A DNA stretch of 64,000 bases from Bacteriovoracaceae bacterium (GCA_041586955.1 JBFGZE010000008.1:9882-73881), one strand, 5' to 3'. Counted from the stretch's first letter, positions 48,812 through 59,349 are shown. Notes: generated from the letters alone by a model not told the origin. Numbers and translations: made by a program.

Positions 48812-49022
48812 GATTAAACTACTTTGGCCTCGGTCCATTTTACAACGCGAACTTCTCAATCAAAAAGGACAAACCTTTTTCGAGTTTGTCTTCCTAATTT
48901 TGGTGCTATTTTCCCTGTCCTACGTATTATTAGCTGGCAGCGGAAAAGGAATTGGAGAGCGCTGGGTTAAACTCATTACAACTATTGTAGATAATAATAA
49001 AGAAAATATCCAACTGAGATAG
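48810..49022 (+). CDS. Tad/Flp-type (class III signal) pilin or pseudopilin
   Basis: NQKG|QTFFEF followed by a hydrophobic helix (Glu at +5). Confidence 0.65.
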   Translation: MIKLLWPRSILQRELLNQKGQTFFEFVFLILVLFSLSYVLLAGSGKGIGERWVKLITTIVDNNKENIQLR

Positions 49023-49031
49023 GATTTAACT

Positions 49032-50513
49032 ATGAACTTCATTTTATCAATTGATCAAGGGACAACGGGCACAACGATTACACTGATTGATACCGAATCT
49101 TTTCAGTTAAAATTCAAGGTTACTCATGAATTTGCACAAATTTACCCGAAACCTGGCTGGGTAGAGCATGACTTAGACGATATATGGAATACGATCGAGT
49201 TTGGCATAAAGAAAATTCTTTCTGATAACAATATAAAAACCGACCAAATAACGTGTATCGGAATTACAAACCAAAGAGAAACTGTCTGTGCACTTCATAG
49301 TGATGGCACACCTATTCGAAATGCGATTGTGTGGCAGGACCGCAGGACGAGTGAGTTTTGTAAATCTATCAAACGTCATAATGATACTATCTTTCATAAA
49401 ACTGGCCTACCCATTGACCCCTACTTTTCTGCCAGTAAAATGACTTGGCTTTGGGAAAATGATCCCTATGTCAAAAAAGCAGCAAGTGAAAACGATTTAC
49501 GACTGTGTAATATCGATTCTTATATTTTAATGAAATTAACTAATGGCCATTCATTTTACACAGAACCGAGTAACGCCAGTCGTACAATGTTATTTGATAT
49601 AAACCAAGGGGACTGGGATGATGATTTATGTGATCTATTCAAAGTCCAAACTGATTTTTTACCCCAGATAAAGAACTCTTTTGACCATTTTGGCGTAACG
49701 CAAGACCTGGGCTTTCTTCAAGATGGTATTCCCATAACTGGCATATTAGGGGACCAGCAGGCGGCACTATTTGGGCAAGGCTGTACACAATCTGGACAAA
49801 TGAAATGCACCTACGGCACAGGTAGTTTTCTATTGCTTAATACTGGTGAAGATATCGTCCATTCTAAAAATGGTCTCGTCACCACTATCGCCTATCGTTA
49901 TAATAATATTGATATGTACGCTATAGAGGGAAGTTGCTATATTGCCGGTGCTGCTGTTCAATGGTTACGTGACAATCTGGCGTTTTTTGAAACGTCGGAG
50001 CAAATTGAACAATTGGCCAAAGGAATAGAGAGTTTAGACAAAGTCAAAGATATTTTATTCCTTCCATTTTTTACCGGAATTGGTTCACCTTATTGGAAGG
50101 CCGATGCCAGGGCCTCAATTCTTGGCTTGACAAGGGATAGTGGCAAATCCGAAATTTCACGCGCCTGCCTTGAAGGTATTGCTTTATCAATTAATGATTT
50201 AATTACCAGTATGGAAAAGGATACTGGTAGGAAAATTGAATCGTTAAAAGTAGATGGTGGTGCATGTATTAATAATCTTTTAATGCAAATTCAGTCCAAT
50301 TTAAGCCTGTGTACAATTATTAGACCTAAAATTATTGAAACCACTTCTTACGGAGCAGGCCTTGCCGCCGCCATTGGTAATGATCTCCTAAACTTCAATA
50401 ATATTTCCAAATTTTGGAAAGAAGACGCACAATTTTTAATAGAAAATAAGGACCAGCAATACTACTCTCACAAAAAGCAAAAATGGGAGCAAGCTATTAA
50501 GGCCTTATATTAA
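49032..50513 (+). CDS. glpK: Glycerol kinase
   Basis: IDQGTT, GITNQRET, AIVWQDRR, GDQQAALFG and KCTYGTG motifs. Confidence 0.97.
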   Translation: MNFILSIDQGTTGTTITLIDTESFQLKFKVTHEFAQIYPKPGWVEHDLDDIWNTIEFGIKKILSDNNIKTDQITCIGITNQRETVCALHSDGTPIRNAIVWQDRRTSEFCKSIKRHNDTIFHKTGLPIDPYFSASKMTWLWENDPYVKKAASENDLRLCNIDSYILMKLTNGHSFYTEPSNASRTMLFDINQGDWDDDLCDLFKVQTDFLPQIKNSFDHFGVTQDLGFLQDGIPITGILGDQQAALFGQGCTQSGQMKCTYGTGSFLLLNTGEDIVHSKNGLVTTIAYRYNNIDMYAIEGSCYIAGAAVQWLRDNLAFFETSEQIEQLAKGIESLDKVKDILFLPFFTGIGSPYWKADARASILGLTRDSGKSEISRACLEGIALSINDLITSMEKDTGRKIESLKVDGGACINNLLMQIQSNLSLCTIIRPKIIETTSYGAGLAAAIGNDLLNFNNISKFWKEDAQFLIENKDQQYYSHKKQKWEQAIKALY

Positions 50514-51860
50514 ATTTTTTAGCTCACTTGCTTGGGTAAGACCTTTAATTTTTAGATTAATTGTATGATTTAGTTCTTCCTCAATTTTTAGCGAGGTAAA
50601 TAAGTATTTATAATTGAGAGAACTCATTTCCTTAATTCTTTTTTCATAATTTTGGACAGTACGAACCTCTCCACTTAACCCTAGCTCGCCCAAAAAGACA
50701 TGGTCACTGGATATTGGCCTGGAGTAATACGAACTTATTAAAGAGGCCAGAATTGCTAAATCAGTTTCATGCGATGACATTTTGAGGCCACCCACTATAT
50801 TGAGATAAATATCACTTGTCGATAAAGTGACACCTAAATATTTTTCCATAATAGCTATAATCATCATTAAGCGTCTCGGATCATAACCCTGGGTTGTTCG
50901 TCGTCCATTACCATATTTATTCACGACAACAAGAGATTGAACTTCGACAAATAGAGATCTGCTCCCTTCTAACAAGCAGGCGATGGCCCGACCACAAGAA
51001 TTTTCCAGATGTTCACCCCTAAAGTATTGTGCTGGATTTGCAACCTCAACCAAACCATTCGCTCTCATTTCAAATATTCCCACCTCATTCGTTGGGCCAA
51101 AGCGATTCTTAATCGCTCTCAAAATACGATATTGCCCATTTTGGTCACCTTCAAAATAAATAACTGTATCAACCATATGTTCTAAAATTTTTGGCCCAGC
51201 TATATTACCCTCTTTAGTGATATGCCCGACGACAAAACAAGTAATATCATTAGACTTAATGAAGTTTATTAATTCATAAGTCACTTCTCTTATCTGATTA
51301 ATAGAGCCTGGAGGGGATGCAATTTCATGGCTTATTGTCGTCTGGATTGAATCTATGACGAGAAAGTCGGGTTTTAATTTTTTAACCTTCTCTTTTATAT
51401 TTTCCCAAATCGTATCGTGATAAATATATAAATTGGAATCTATATTGGAAATCCTGTTTAATCTTTCCCCAATTTGTGAAAGCGATTCCTCGCCAGATAC
51501 ATAAAGTACTTTTTTACGAATCAATTTAGCGAGATTACTCACGGCCATTCCAAGTAATGTTGACTTACCCACACCCGGCTCACCACCAATAAGAACCAAT
51601 GAACCGACGTTAAGTCCTCCCCCTAAAACTCGATCAAATTCGTTAATACCCGTACTTATACGAGGATTTTTTTTAAAGACAATATCTTTTAATTTGATTA
51701 TAGATTCTGAGGATTCAGTTTTTGTAGGGTTGAGATTATTTTTTGAGGAGTGTATCTCTTCAAATGAGTTCCACTCTTGGCATTGAGGACATCGACCTAA
51801 CCATTGAGAACTTACCCTTTGACACACGACACAGCTAAACTTGCTTGTAATTTTTGCCAT
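50505..51860 (-). CDS. radA: DNA repair protein RadA/Sms
   Basis: C4 zinc finger, GEPGVGKST, KNRFG and a Lon-like C-terminus. Confidence 0.97.
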   Translation of the reverse strand: MAKITSKFSCVVCQRVSSQWLGRCPQCQEWNSFEEIHSSKNNLNPTKTESSESIIKLKDIVFKKNPRISTGINEFDRVLGGGLNVGSLVLIGGEPGVGKSTLLGMAVSNLAKLIRKKVLYVSGEESLSQIGERLNRISNIDSNLYIYHDTIWENIKEKVKKLKPDFLVIDSIQTTISHEIASPPGSINQIREVTYELINFIKSNDITCFVVGHITKEGNIAGPKILEHMVDTVIYFEGDQNGQYRILRAIKNRFGPTNEVGIFEMRANGLVEVANPAQYFRGEHLENSCGRAIACLLEGSRSLFVEVQSLVVVNKYGNGRRTTQGYDPRRLMMIIAIMEKYLGVTLSTSDIYLNIVGGLKMSSHETDLAILASLISSYYSRPISSDHVFLGELGLSGEVRTVQNYEKRIKEMSSLNYKYLFTSLKIEEELNHTINLKIKGLTQASELKNLI

Positions 51861-51866
51861 TTTATT

Positions 51867-53750
51867 TCAAAGAATAGCTTGGAGATCCTCCTCATTGATA
51901 ATCTTAACCCCAATTTCCTTCGCCTTTTTTGCCTTAGAACTTCCAGATTCTTTATCATTTGTTAGTAAATAATCGGTGTTCTTTGTAACTGAAGATACTA
52001 ACAGTCCACCAGAGTTTCGAATCGATTCCTCAATTATATTTCGCTTTTGGGACAACGTCCCTGTAATACAGACTTTTTTTCCTGTAAGCTCTGATTGAAT
52101 TATTTCCTTGGGTGCTTCAAATTTAAACCCGAGATCAATCAATTCATCAATTAAAATAAATTTCTCTTTTAAAGACGATAGGAAGTCTTCAGCTGACTTC
52201 TCAGCAAAGCCCTCGATATGACATAATTTTTCTACCGTTAAGCTTTTAATTTTTTCAATTGAGTTATGACCTGCATTTACGATGCGTTCACATTTATTGA
52301 ACGCCCCACCGGTAATTCCAAGGCTTGATAAAAATTTAACTAAGTTCGGATTTTTAACCGATTGAATCGAGTGAAATAATTTATCCGCTAATTTTTCTTT
52401 AACCTTATCTAATTTAAAGAGGTCTTCTTTTTCGAGTTTAAACAAATCGGGAATCGTCGAAACAATTTGTTTGAGAATCATTTCATCTAATCTTTTAGAG
52501 GATAAATCATCTATCCCAATTTTTTGGATGAAGTTTAAAATCACTTCTTTAATTCTAGCGGGGCATTCAATGTTAGAGCATATTAATCGAATTTCATCTT
52601 CAATTAATGACGATTTACACACTGGACACTCTGTAGGAACAACAAATGGGTTATCAGAGGAAACCTCAACTGCAACAAACTTTGGAATAACTTCACCACT
52701 TCGAATTATTTGGATTGTATCCCCCACTTTTAGCTGATTGAGTTTTACTAATCCGAAGTTATGCAAAGTAACTCGACTTATTTTTGCACCAGAAAGCTCA
52801 ACAGGTTTAACATTTGCAACCGGCGTTAAAATACCATTACGAGAAACGGACCATTCAATTTTTTTAATAATTGTTGCTTTGGATTCACCCTCAAATTTGA
52901 AGGCCATTTTATAACGGGGGTGATGAGCAGTTTCCCCAAGTTCCTCATGAAGGGCCAAATCATTATAGGAAAAAACAATACCATCTATAAGGTGCGCACC
53001 ATCTTCCATAAACTCTTTGGCAGTTTGTATAACTTCTTCAATCGTTTCTTTATTACGATGGATAATTATCTCAGAAGCATCAAAGCCCAATTCGTTTAAT
53101 AATGCTGTTTTTTCTTCTTCTTTATTCAAGTTCAAATCATCTGAAATTATGTCGAATGCCTTAAAGTTTAAAAAGCGACATAATTCAAGATTGTCCTTAC
53201 GACCCATAAAACCGGCAACAATATTGCGAGGGTTGCTCGGTTTCTCTAGGCCGAGAGTAATCATTTCTGCTGATAATTTTATAAACTGTTCAAGCGAGCA
53301 ATAAAGCTCTCCTCTTATTTCTAGCTTTCCTTTTATTTTTATCGTACGAGGAACAGTGTTAACCCAAAGCACACGTGACGTGATATTTTCACCGACACTT
53401 CCGTCTCCCCGTGTTTTTCCTACCCTTATTTTCCCATCCTCATACAGCAAAGAGCAGCTAACTCCATCGATTTTAAAAGTGCTAATAATCTCTTTATTAT
53501 TGGCCCAGTCAAGAAGCTCTTTTAGTCGATACGTTTTGTTAAGGGATAACATTTTTTTGTCATGTGCTAATTTACCAGCATTATCGACAATAGCACCCAC
53601 GATACTAAGAATCGGGTTATCTGGATCGAGCTCTCTTAATTCATCTTCAAGTTTATCATAGTGAAAATCATCAATCTCAGGACGACCTTGATAATACAAG
53701 GCCTTATGGTAGGTAATTAAACCTTCTAACTCTTTGATACGCACATTCAT
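51867..53750 (-). CDS. ligA: NAD-dependent DNA ligase
   Basis: KIDG adenylation motif, TRGDG, DGIV, Zn finger, HhH and BRCT. Confidence 0.96.
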   Translation of the reverse strand: MNVRIKELEGLITYHKALYYQGRPEIDDFHYDKLEDELRELDPDNPILSIVGAIVDNAGKLAHDKKMLSLNKTYRLKELLDWANNKEIISTFKIDGVSCSLLYEDGKIRVGKTRGDGSVGENITSRVLWVNTVPRTIKIKGKLEIRGELYCSLEQFIKLSAEMITLGLEKPSNPRNIVAGFMGRKDNLELCRFLNFKAFDIISDDLNLNKEEEKTALLNELGFDASEIIIHRNKETIEEVIQTAKEFMEDGAHLIDGIVFSYNDLALHEELGETAHHPRYKMAFKFEGESKATIIKKIEWSVSRNGILTPVANVKPVELSGAKISRVTLHNFGLVKLNQLKVGDTIQIIRSGEVIPKFVAVEVSSDNPFVVPTECPVCKSSLIEDEIRLICSNIECPARIKEVILNFIQKIGIDDLSSKRLDEMILKQIVSTIPDLFKLEKEDLFKLDKVKEKLADKLFHSIQSVKNPNLVKFLSSLGITGGAFNKCERIVNAGHNSIEKIKSLTVEKLCHIEGFAEKSAEDFLSSLKEKFILIDELIDLGFKFEAPKEIIQSELTGKKVCITGTLSQKRNIIEESIRNSGGLLVSSVTKNTDYLLTNDKESGSSKAKKAKEIGVKIINEEDLQAIL

Positions 53751-53759
53751 TCAGAACAC

Positions 53760-55259
53760 CTAGAAAATAAAGATTGTTCCGATCTTAAATAAGCTTTCTT
53801 TCATTTTCAAGGTCGTTTGTGTATTTGTGAATTTTGCCTTACTTCCCGTAATTTGATACGACAAGTCAAACTTCATTGTTGGATTATAATTATAATTACC
53901 GCCAAATCTAAACATATAACTTGAAGACGAATCATCCTCCCCATGAAGGAATTGCTCTTCCTCATAAGTAGGATTAAATATTAACCCTAGCTCCAAATGC
54001 AAATTATAAAGTTTACTAAATGGTACCGTACCTTTAGCCCCCAAGGACAGCCCTTTAAATTTAACCTCTAACAGCCCATCTGATAGTTGAGTATCAAGGC
54101 CATATCCTACAGATGTATAACCCACATAAGTGTCAACTTGTGGCCCATAGAAAAATCCCATCGGTAAATATTTATAACCTAATTTAAAACGATAGTATGA
54201 TGATGCTAAATTATTACTATTATTTGAAAAAGAACCCTCTTCTTTTTTTAGGGTCGTAAAATTCTTTTTTAAATCTAGGCCTAACCAATAATTTCTTGTG
54301 GCCCATACTGTAGAGTTGATATCTATACCGAGGGTTGTTCCCGCCATTTTTTTAAAAGAAGAAGATGCAATTGTTGCACTAGATTTACCAATATTAAACA
54401 AAAGCTCCACCTGGCCCAATTTACCAAACTCAAAGTCATCTTCGTTTTCATACTGAGTTATTCTAGCTCCTGGCCTTGAATCCCTTTTGTCTAAAATAAT
54501 CCAATCTCCAATACCGACACTTTTTTTGGATTCAAATTTAATAATTTTGCCCTGACTTTGATTTTTTGATACAAAAGCCACCTTCCCCTTGGCGATACGC
54601 TCTGTTTGCCAATCAACAATTTCCTTTAAAAGAGGGTGCCTCTTTTTTCCAATCGGACGGACAATCAGGATATCGCTCCCCTCTACGACGCCATATAATT
54701 TTCCGAAATCCATGGTAAATTGATTACCCAAAACGCCCAATATGCGCCCATCGTAGGGAATTTTCTTTTCGTATTGATCCAACCAGTTTTTAATTGTTTC
54801 GGTAATTAAAACGACATCATCACTAGGTAGATCTATCGATTGTTTAAAATAGATATCTTCACCATTTTCTCCGATGACTTTCATATAAACTTTAACACCA
54901 CTAATTAGGCGCTCTAAATTAATTTTGATAATGCTACCGGCCTTACTCTTCTCCGCTAATATTTTTAATACTTCTTTATTTTCCAAGTGCTTATGTAAAG
55001 TGGCCTTATAATTACCTAAAATATCAATAATGTCCGAATTAGATTTATAAAAGCACCAAGATGATTCTTTTAAATAAGATTCAACCTGGTTGAAGACAGG
55101 ATATGAAATTGCACCACTAACGTTGTCTCCGATCGGTATTAATAAACAGCGCCTAACGTTTAAGTACTCAATTGATTTTATTTCAGTGGTTGTAAAAAGC
55201 GATAATAGAACCAATAGCAGGAAATGAAATTTAATTACATTTATATTTTTATAACTCAT
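53760..55259 (-). CDS. Secreted multidomain protein: periplasmic alpha/beta domain, FlgT-C-like beta domain and C-terminal OM beta-barrel
   Basis: Signal peptide; GRILGVLGNQFTMDFGKLYGV; amphipathic strands; terminal KIGTIFIF. Confidence 0.6.
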   Translation of the reverse strand: MSYKNINVIKFHFLLLVLLSLFTTTEIKSIEYLNVRRCLLIPIGDNVSGAISYPVFNQVESYLKESSWCFYKSNSDIIDILGNYKATLHKHLENKEVLKILAEKSKAGSIIKINLERLISGVKVYMKVIGENGEDIYFKQSIDLPSDDVVLITETIKNWLDQYEKKIPYDGRILGVLGNQFTMDFGKLYGVVEGSDILIVRPIGKKRHPLLKEIVDWQTERIAKGKVAFVSKNQSQGKIIKFESKKSVGIGDWIILDKRDSRPGARITQYENEDDFEFGKLGQVELLFNIGKSSATIASSSFKKMAGTTLGIDINSTVWATRNYWLGLDLKKNFTTLKKEEGSFSNNSNNLASSYYRFKLGYKYLPMGFFYGPQVDTYVGYTSVGYGLDTQLSDGLLEVKFKGLSLGAKGTVPFSKLYNLHLELGLIFNPTYEEEQFLHGEDDSSSSYMFRFGGNYNYNPTMKFDLSYQITGSKAKFTNTQTTLKMKESLFKIGTIFIF

Positions 55260-55370
55260 ACAATTTATTATAAAAGCTTATGCCTTTAATTCCAAAATAA
55301 AACGAAGGCCCTATACCCAACCATATCACTCTAGTTTAATTTTATGCATTAGTTCATTATACTAAGGCCT

Positions 55371-56546
55371 ATGAGAAATATTGATTTAAGCGAATTTAAT
55401 AATAAATCAAAGGCCCTTGTCCTTTCTGGTGGCGTTGTCAAAGCAGCAGCATGGCATCTTGGTGTTTCACTTGCTTTGGAAGAGCTTGGTTTTGAATTTG
55501 TTCACAATAAGACGATAGAAAAGAATGTCCACCAAATAGGTACCTATGTTGGATCGTCAGCAGGCGCCCTTATTTGCCTCTATTTCGCCAATGGATTTCG
55601 TCCTATAGATATCATAGAGGCAAGTATTGACCAAACTAATGCGCGACTTAAAGCTGTTTCCTATAGGGATATGTTAAAGCTTAACCCAATCTTTAGGTCT
55701 AAAGCATATAAATACGAATTTGATCCCTTTGACTCATTTCCAGGCCTCATCAAAAAAATATTAAATCCTCTTTTACGCGTTTCAGGCTTTTTTACAACAG
55801 ATGGTCTCTATCAATACCTCATCGAAAATGTAATTCAATGCGACCGCTTTGAAGACCTTAAGCCCGACCTTTTTATTGTTGCTACACAATTAGACCATAG
55901 TCGCAAAGTGATTTTCAGTAAGTATAATTTCCCTGATCCGCTCCATGATAAGACCTCTAATTACTATACCGGAATCCCTATTTCTCATGCTGTCAGTGCC
56001 AGCATGTCAGTTCCTCCTTTTTATGCTCCTTACCCTATTAAAAATCCACAAACTGACGAAGTAGACTATTATATCGATGGTGAAATACGTGACACTTTGT
56101 CGACACATGTAGCAACAGAAAACGGCTCGGAATTAATTCTTTCTAGTTGGACACACACTCCCTATCACTACCATGACGAAATTGGTTCACTTGTTAATTA
56201 TGGCCTACCGGCCATTTGCACCCAGGCAATTTATCTTATGATACAAAAGAAAATTGTAGCGAGCCGAATGCGAAGGCGCAATGCAAAAGACCTCATCGAT
56301 ACTGTAAATTATTATATGAAAGATGAAAAATTTAACAGCGATCAAATTAAGAATATTACTGAAATTTTGGAAATGAAGTTACAATATAACCCCAATCAAA
56401 TTTTTATCGATATTTTCCCTAAGCATTGCAATTACAACGCGTTTTTTAAAAATTCTTTCTCCCTTAATCCTAATAAAATGTCGGAGCTAGTGACCTTAGG
56501 ATACAAGAGAACTTTCGAGGTGTTTAAACGTCATGAATGGAAATAG
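55371..56546 (+). CDS. Patatin-like phospholipase
   Basis: ALVLSGG, nucleophile GSSAG, ASMSVPPFYAP and YIDGE. Confidence 0.88.
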   Translation: MRNIDLSEFNNKSKALVLSGGVVKAAAWHLGVSLALEELGFEFVHNKTIEKNVHQIGTYVGSSAGALICLYFANGFRPIDIIEASIDQTNARLKAVSYRDMLKLNPIFRSKAYKYEFDPFDSFPGLIKKILNPLLRVSGFFTTDGLYQYLIENVIQCDRFEDLKPDLFIVATQLDHSRKVIFSKYNFPDPLHDKTSNYYTGIPISHAVSASMSVPPFYAPYPIKNPQTDEVDYYIDGEIRDTLSTHVATENGSELILSSWTHTPYHYHDEIGSLVNYGLPAICTQAIYLMIQKKIVASRMRRRNAKDLIDTVNYYMKDEKFNSDQIKNITEILEMKLQYNPNQIFIDIFPKHCNYNAFFKNSFSLNPNKMSELVTLGYKRTFEVFKRHEWK

Positions 56547-57786
56547 AATAGTTTCTTTATTTATTTTTGCTTTTATGAGCAATGACTTCTTCGCTTCCGA
56601 TAGTCCTGTTTATTTGGATGACCCTCAGAATCGAGTTGAGAAAGAATTTAATATTCCCCCCGACTTAAAGCATAAAGTTAATTTTTGGTATAAAATTTAC
56701 ACTCAGTTTAACACCCTTCAACAGGTTGCTCATGATAAAGACAATATGAATATTGTCTACGGTAATACGCAAGTTGATAACAAAAACTTATCCTACTCGG
56801 CGAAAAGAAAAGTCTTTAATAAAAAATCAAAGGCCTATAAAGCATTATTAGTTAAGTCGTTTAAACGGATCGCGAAGGCAAAAGACCTTAAGAAATTAAA
56901 GGGATTCGATCTACACGTCTACCAAAAATTAAAGGCTGCTGGCTCCGTTATCCCCTCTAATAGAAAATTAAGAGAAAGATTTTTTAAAAGAAAACAACGA
57001 AATATTCGTTTCCAAACGGGTCAGCGGGACATGATTGAAAAAGGAATTCAAAATGCGAAGCCTTTTTTTGGCACCCTTCTCAAACTTGCCAATTCATTTG
57101 ATATTCCCAGAAGCTTATTAGTTATTCCTTTTTTGGAGTCAAGCTTTAACATTCGTGCAAATTCCAAAACAAAGGCCAAAGGAATTTGGCAATTTATGAA
57201 ACGAACTGGCAATAGCTTTTTTAAGATTAATCGTGCAGTAGATCACCGTTTAAATCCTATTATATCAACCCTAGGGGCCTTTCATCTTTTAAAGCAAAAT
57301 AAAAAGATACTTAAACGTTGGGACCTTGCGATCACCGCCTATAATGCAGGCCCAAAACATTTAATTCGCGGTAGTCGAAAACTCAAAAAGCGGAATATTA
57401 AGCCCACTCTCAGTAACATTATTAAGTATTACAAACATCCCCATATCGGTTTTGCTTCTAAAAACTTTTATGCTGAATTCTTAGCACTTTCTCGGGTTTT
57501 AAATTATTCAGATATTATTTTTAAAACAACTTTATTTAGTAAGAATCGACCAACAGATACTTTCGATGTTTATGTCTCTAAATGCAATCAACAATACTCT
57601 TTTATTAAAAACCATAATCAACATTTTAAAACTAATACAAAGAAAATTAAAAAACGACAGCTAATCGTTTCCAATAGGCCACTCGCTAAAAAGAAATTTT
57701 ATCAATTGAATCATGGCGAGCTGAAAAAGAAATATCCGAAAAACCTTTGGCAATTATCACGCCATCATAATTGTTCGACTAAATAA
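56533..57786 (+). CDS. Lytic transglycosylase (MltD-like SLT domain, no LysM)
   Basis: PFLESSF (catalytic Glu), AKGIWQFM and AITAYNAG motifs. Confidence 0.9.
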   Translation: MNGNRIVSLFIFAFMSNDFFASDSPVYLDDPQNRVEKEFNIPPDLKHKVNFWYKIYTQFNTLQQVAHDKDNMNIVYGNTQVDNKNLSYSAKRKVFNKKSKAYKALLVKSFKRIAKAKDLKKLKGFDLHVYQKLKAAGSVIPSNRKLRERFFKRKQRNIRFQTGQRDMIEKGIQNAKPFFGTLLKLANSFDIPRSLLVIPFLESSFNIRANSKTKAKGIWQFMKRTGNSFFKINRAVDHRLNPIISTLGAFHLLKQNKKILKRWDLAITAYNAGPKHLIRGSRKLKKRNIKPTLSNIIKYYKHPHIGFASKNFYAEFLALSRVLNYSDIIFKTTLFSKNRPTDTFDVYVSKCNQQYSFIKNHNQHFKTNTKKIKKRQLIVSNRPLAKKKFYQLNHGELKKKYPKNLWQLSRHHNCSTK

Positions 57787-59297
57787 GACCCGTTAGAACA
57801 ATAAGATTTATGAGCATACTTGTATGAGCGAAAACCATTTAAATTATAGGTAATACTTCCATATCCTTCACTTATAATAAATACTTTATCTAAACGGCTA
57901 TCAGGCTCCGTCGAAAATTCACCGATTGAATTAAGATAAATTACTTCAATTGGTAGTGGGCCGCGAGTAGAATCACCATTCGCCTGAACTCGGTTAACCT
58001 TCAATCCTTCTGGTAAATTTAGTTGGACGATACAACGCCCATCTAATTGGCGAATTTCTAATATGTTGAGAACATTTTCTATAAACTCTTGTTCTGGGAC
58101 TTCCAATTTATAATTTTTGTCCATACTAAAGAAAATACTGTCACTGAGGTGTTTTAATTCAAGGTATGATTTTGAATGTGAACCAGCTAAATATGCTAAC
58201 CCCTGATAGGTGTTGTTTTCAAGATGATAAAAATACTTATTTGTATTAAAGTATTTAATTTTCTTTTCATCTAGAACTAAAGGCACCGATTTTTTTGCGA
58301 ATAGACGACTTTCATACAATTGCATCGTTTGGTTTTTCTCTATAATAGAATTATTAAATTCAAAATAAAGCTCATCTTCGACTAGAAATACTATTTTATC
58401 GGTCAATTCTCCATCAAAACCTAAATAGCTAATCATAGTGTTGCCGGGATCTGCTCCAACAAAAATAATATATTCGTAATCTTCGTTAATTTTAACTTCT
58501 TTAAATTTATTATCTAGATAGATCTTTGCTTCATACTTATGGTCAATATCAGCGTCAAGGACATTCTCATCAAGCCGTATCACCAATAAGCTATTCCTTC
58601 CCACGTATTTTTTATTATCCAAGAAGGTATTAAGACTTGCTAGGTCAAAAGTTTCGACTTCGTGAAATAATTGTTTTGAAATAATCGGAATTTCTAATCT
58701 TGTCCGAGGAATACCATCACCAACGATAGTACCAGGAATCAGAGACCCTTCCTGAAAGTCTTTGTTAAAATGGATCATTCCCTTATTATCGCTATAAAAG
58801 CGTTCGTTTAAACTATAATCAGGAATAAATTCACAATTAGCGCATATTGCTTTGTCTTGCTTCCCAAAGGTATTAACAAATAACTGGACTGAGGTATTAG
58901 AAGGCCTGTAATTATACTTTTTCCTCTTTTTCTTTTTAGTTTTAGAAATTTTTTTAGGTTTACTTTTCTTAAGCGGTGGAGCTTTTTTTAATTCTCGTGA
59001 AATTACACTTAATACATTTTTTGATAATTTCTTTTTGGCAGGAATATTTTTTGGAACTTCTTTATAGTCAAAAAGAACTAAATCATCACTTTTATTTCTC
59101 TTTGTATTAATTTCTTGTTTCTTTTTACGCATTAATTCCAGAATATAAGCTGTATCCAATTCGTCATTTACAAAATTATCCGGATTCATTTTAGAATGAT
59201 CATAGAGGTTTTTTTGAGGGTATATTGTAACATTTGCCGCTAAGGAGTTTAGCGACACCATACAAATGCTAATGACATATAGTAACATGATTCTCAT
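57765..59297 (-). CDS. Exported hypothetical protein with a Lys-rich linker
   Basis: Signal peptide ending SLA; KKSKPKKISKTKKKKRKK; beta-rich remainder. Confidence 0.65.
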   Translation of the reverse strand: MRIMLLYVISICMVSLNSLAANVTIYPQKNLYDHSKMNPDNFVNDELDTAYILELMRKKKQEINTKRNKSDDLVLFDYKEVPKNIPAKKKLSKNVLSVISRELKKAPPLKKSKPKKISKTKKKKRKKYNYRPSNTSVQLFVNTFGKQDKAICANCEFIPDYSLNERFYSDNKGMIHFNKDFQEGSLIPGTIVGDGIPRTRLEIPIISKQLFHEVETFDLASLNTFLDNKKYVGRNSLLVIRLDENVLDADIDHKYEAKIYLDNKFKEVKINEDYEYIIFVGADPGNTMISYLGFDGELTDKIVFLVEDELYFEFNNSIIEKNQTMQLYESRLFAKKSVPLVLDEKKIKYFNTNKYFYHLENNTYQGLAYLAGSHSKSYLELKHLSDSIFFSMDKNYKLEVPEQEFIENVLNILEIRQLDGRCIVQLNLPEGLKVNRVQANGDSTRGPLPIEVIYLNSIGEFSTEPDSRLDKVFIISEGYGSITYNLNGFRSYKYAHKSYCSNGSYLVEQL

Positions 59298-59349
59298 GTC
59301 TTATATGATCGCTAATTCTGAAAAATTTATCAAGGGTGGAAAAAAGGAC

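Noticed and set aside
55371..56546. CBASS CapV-type patatin effector
   Set aside because: No CD-NTase or other defence genes nearby.
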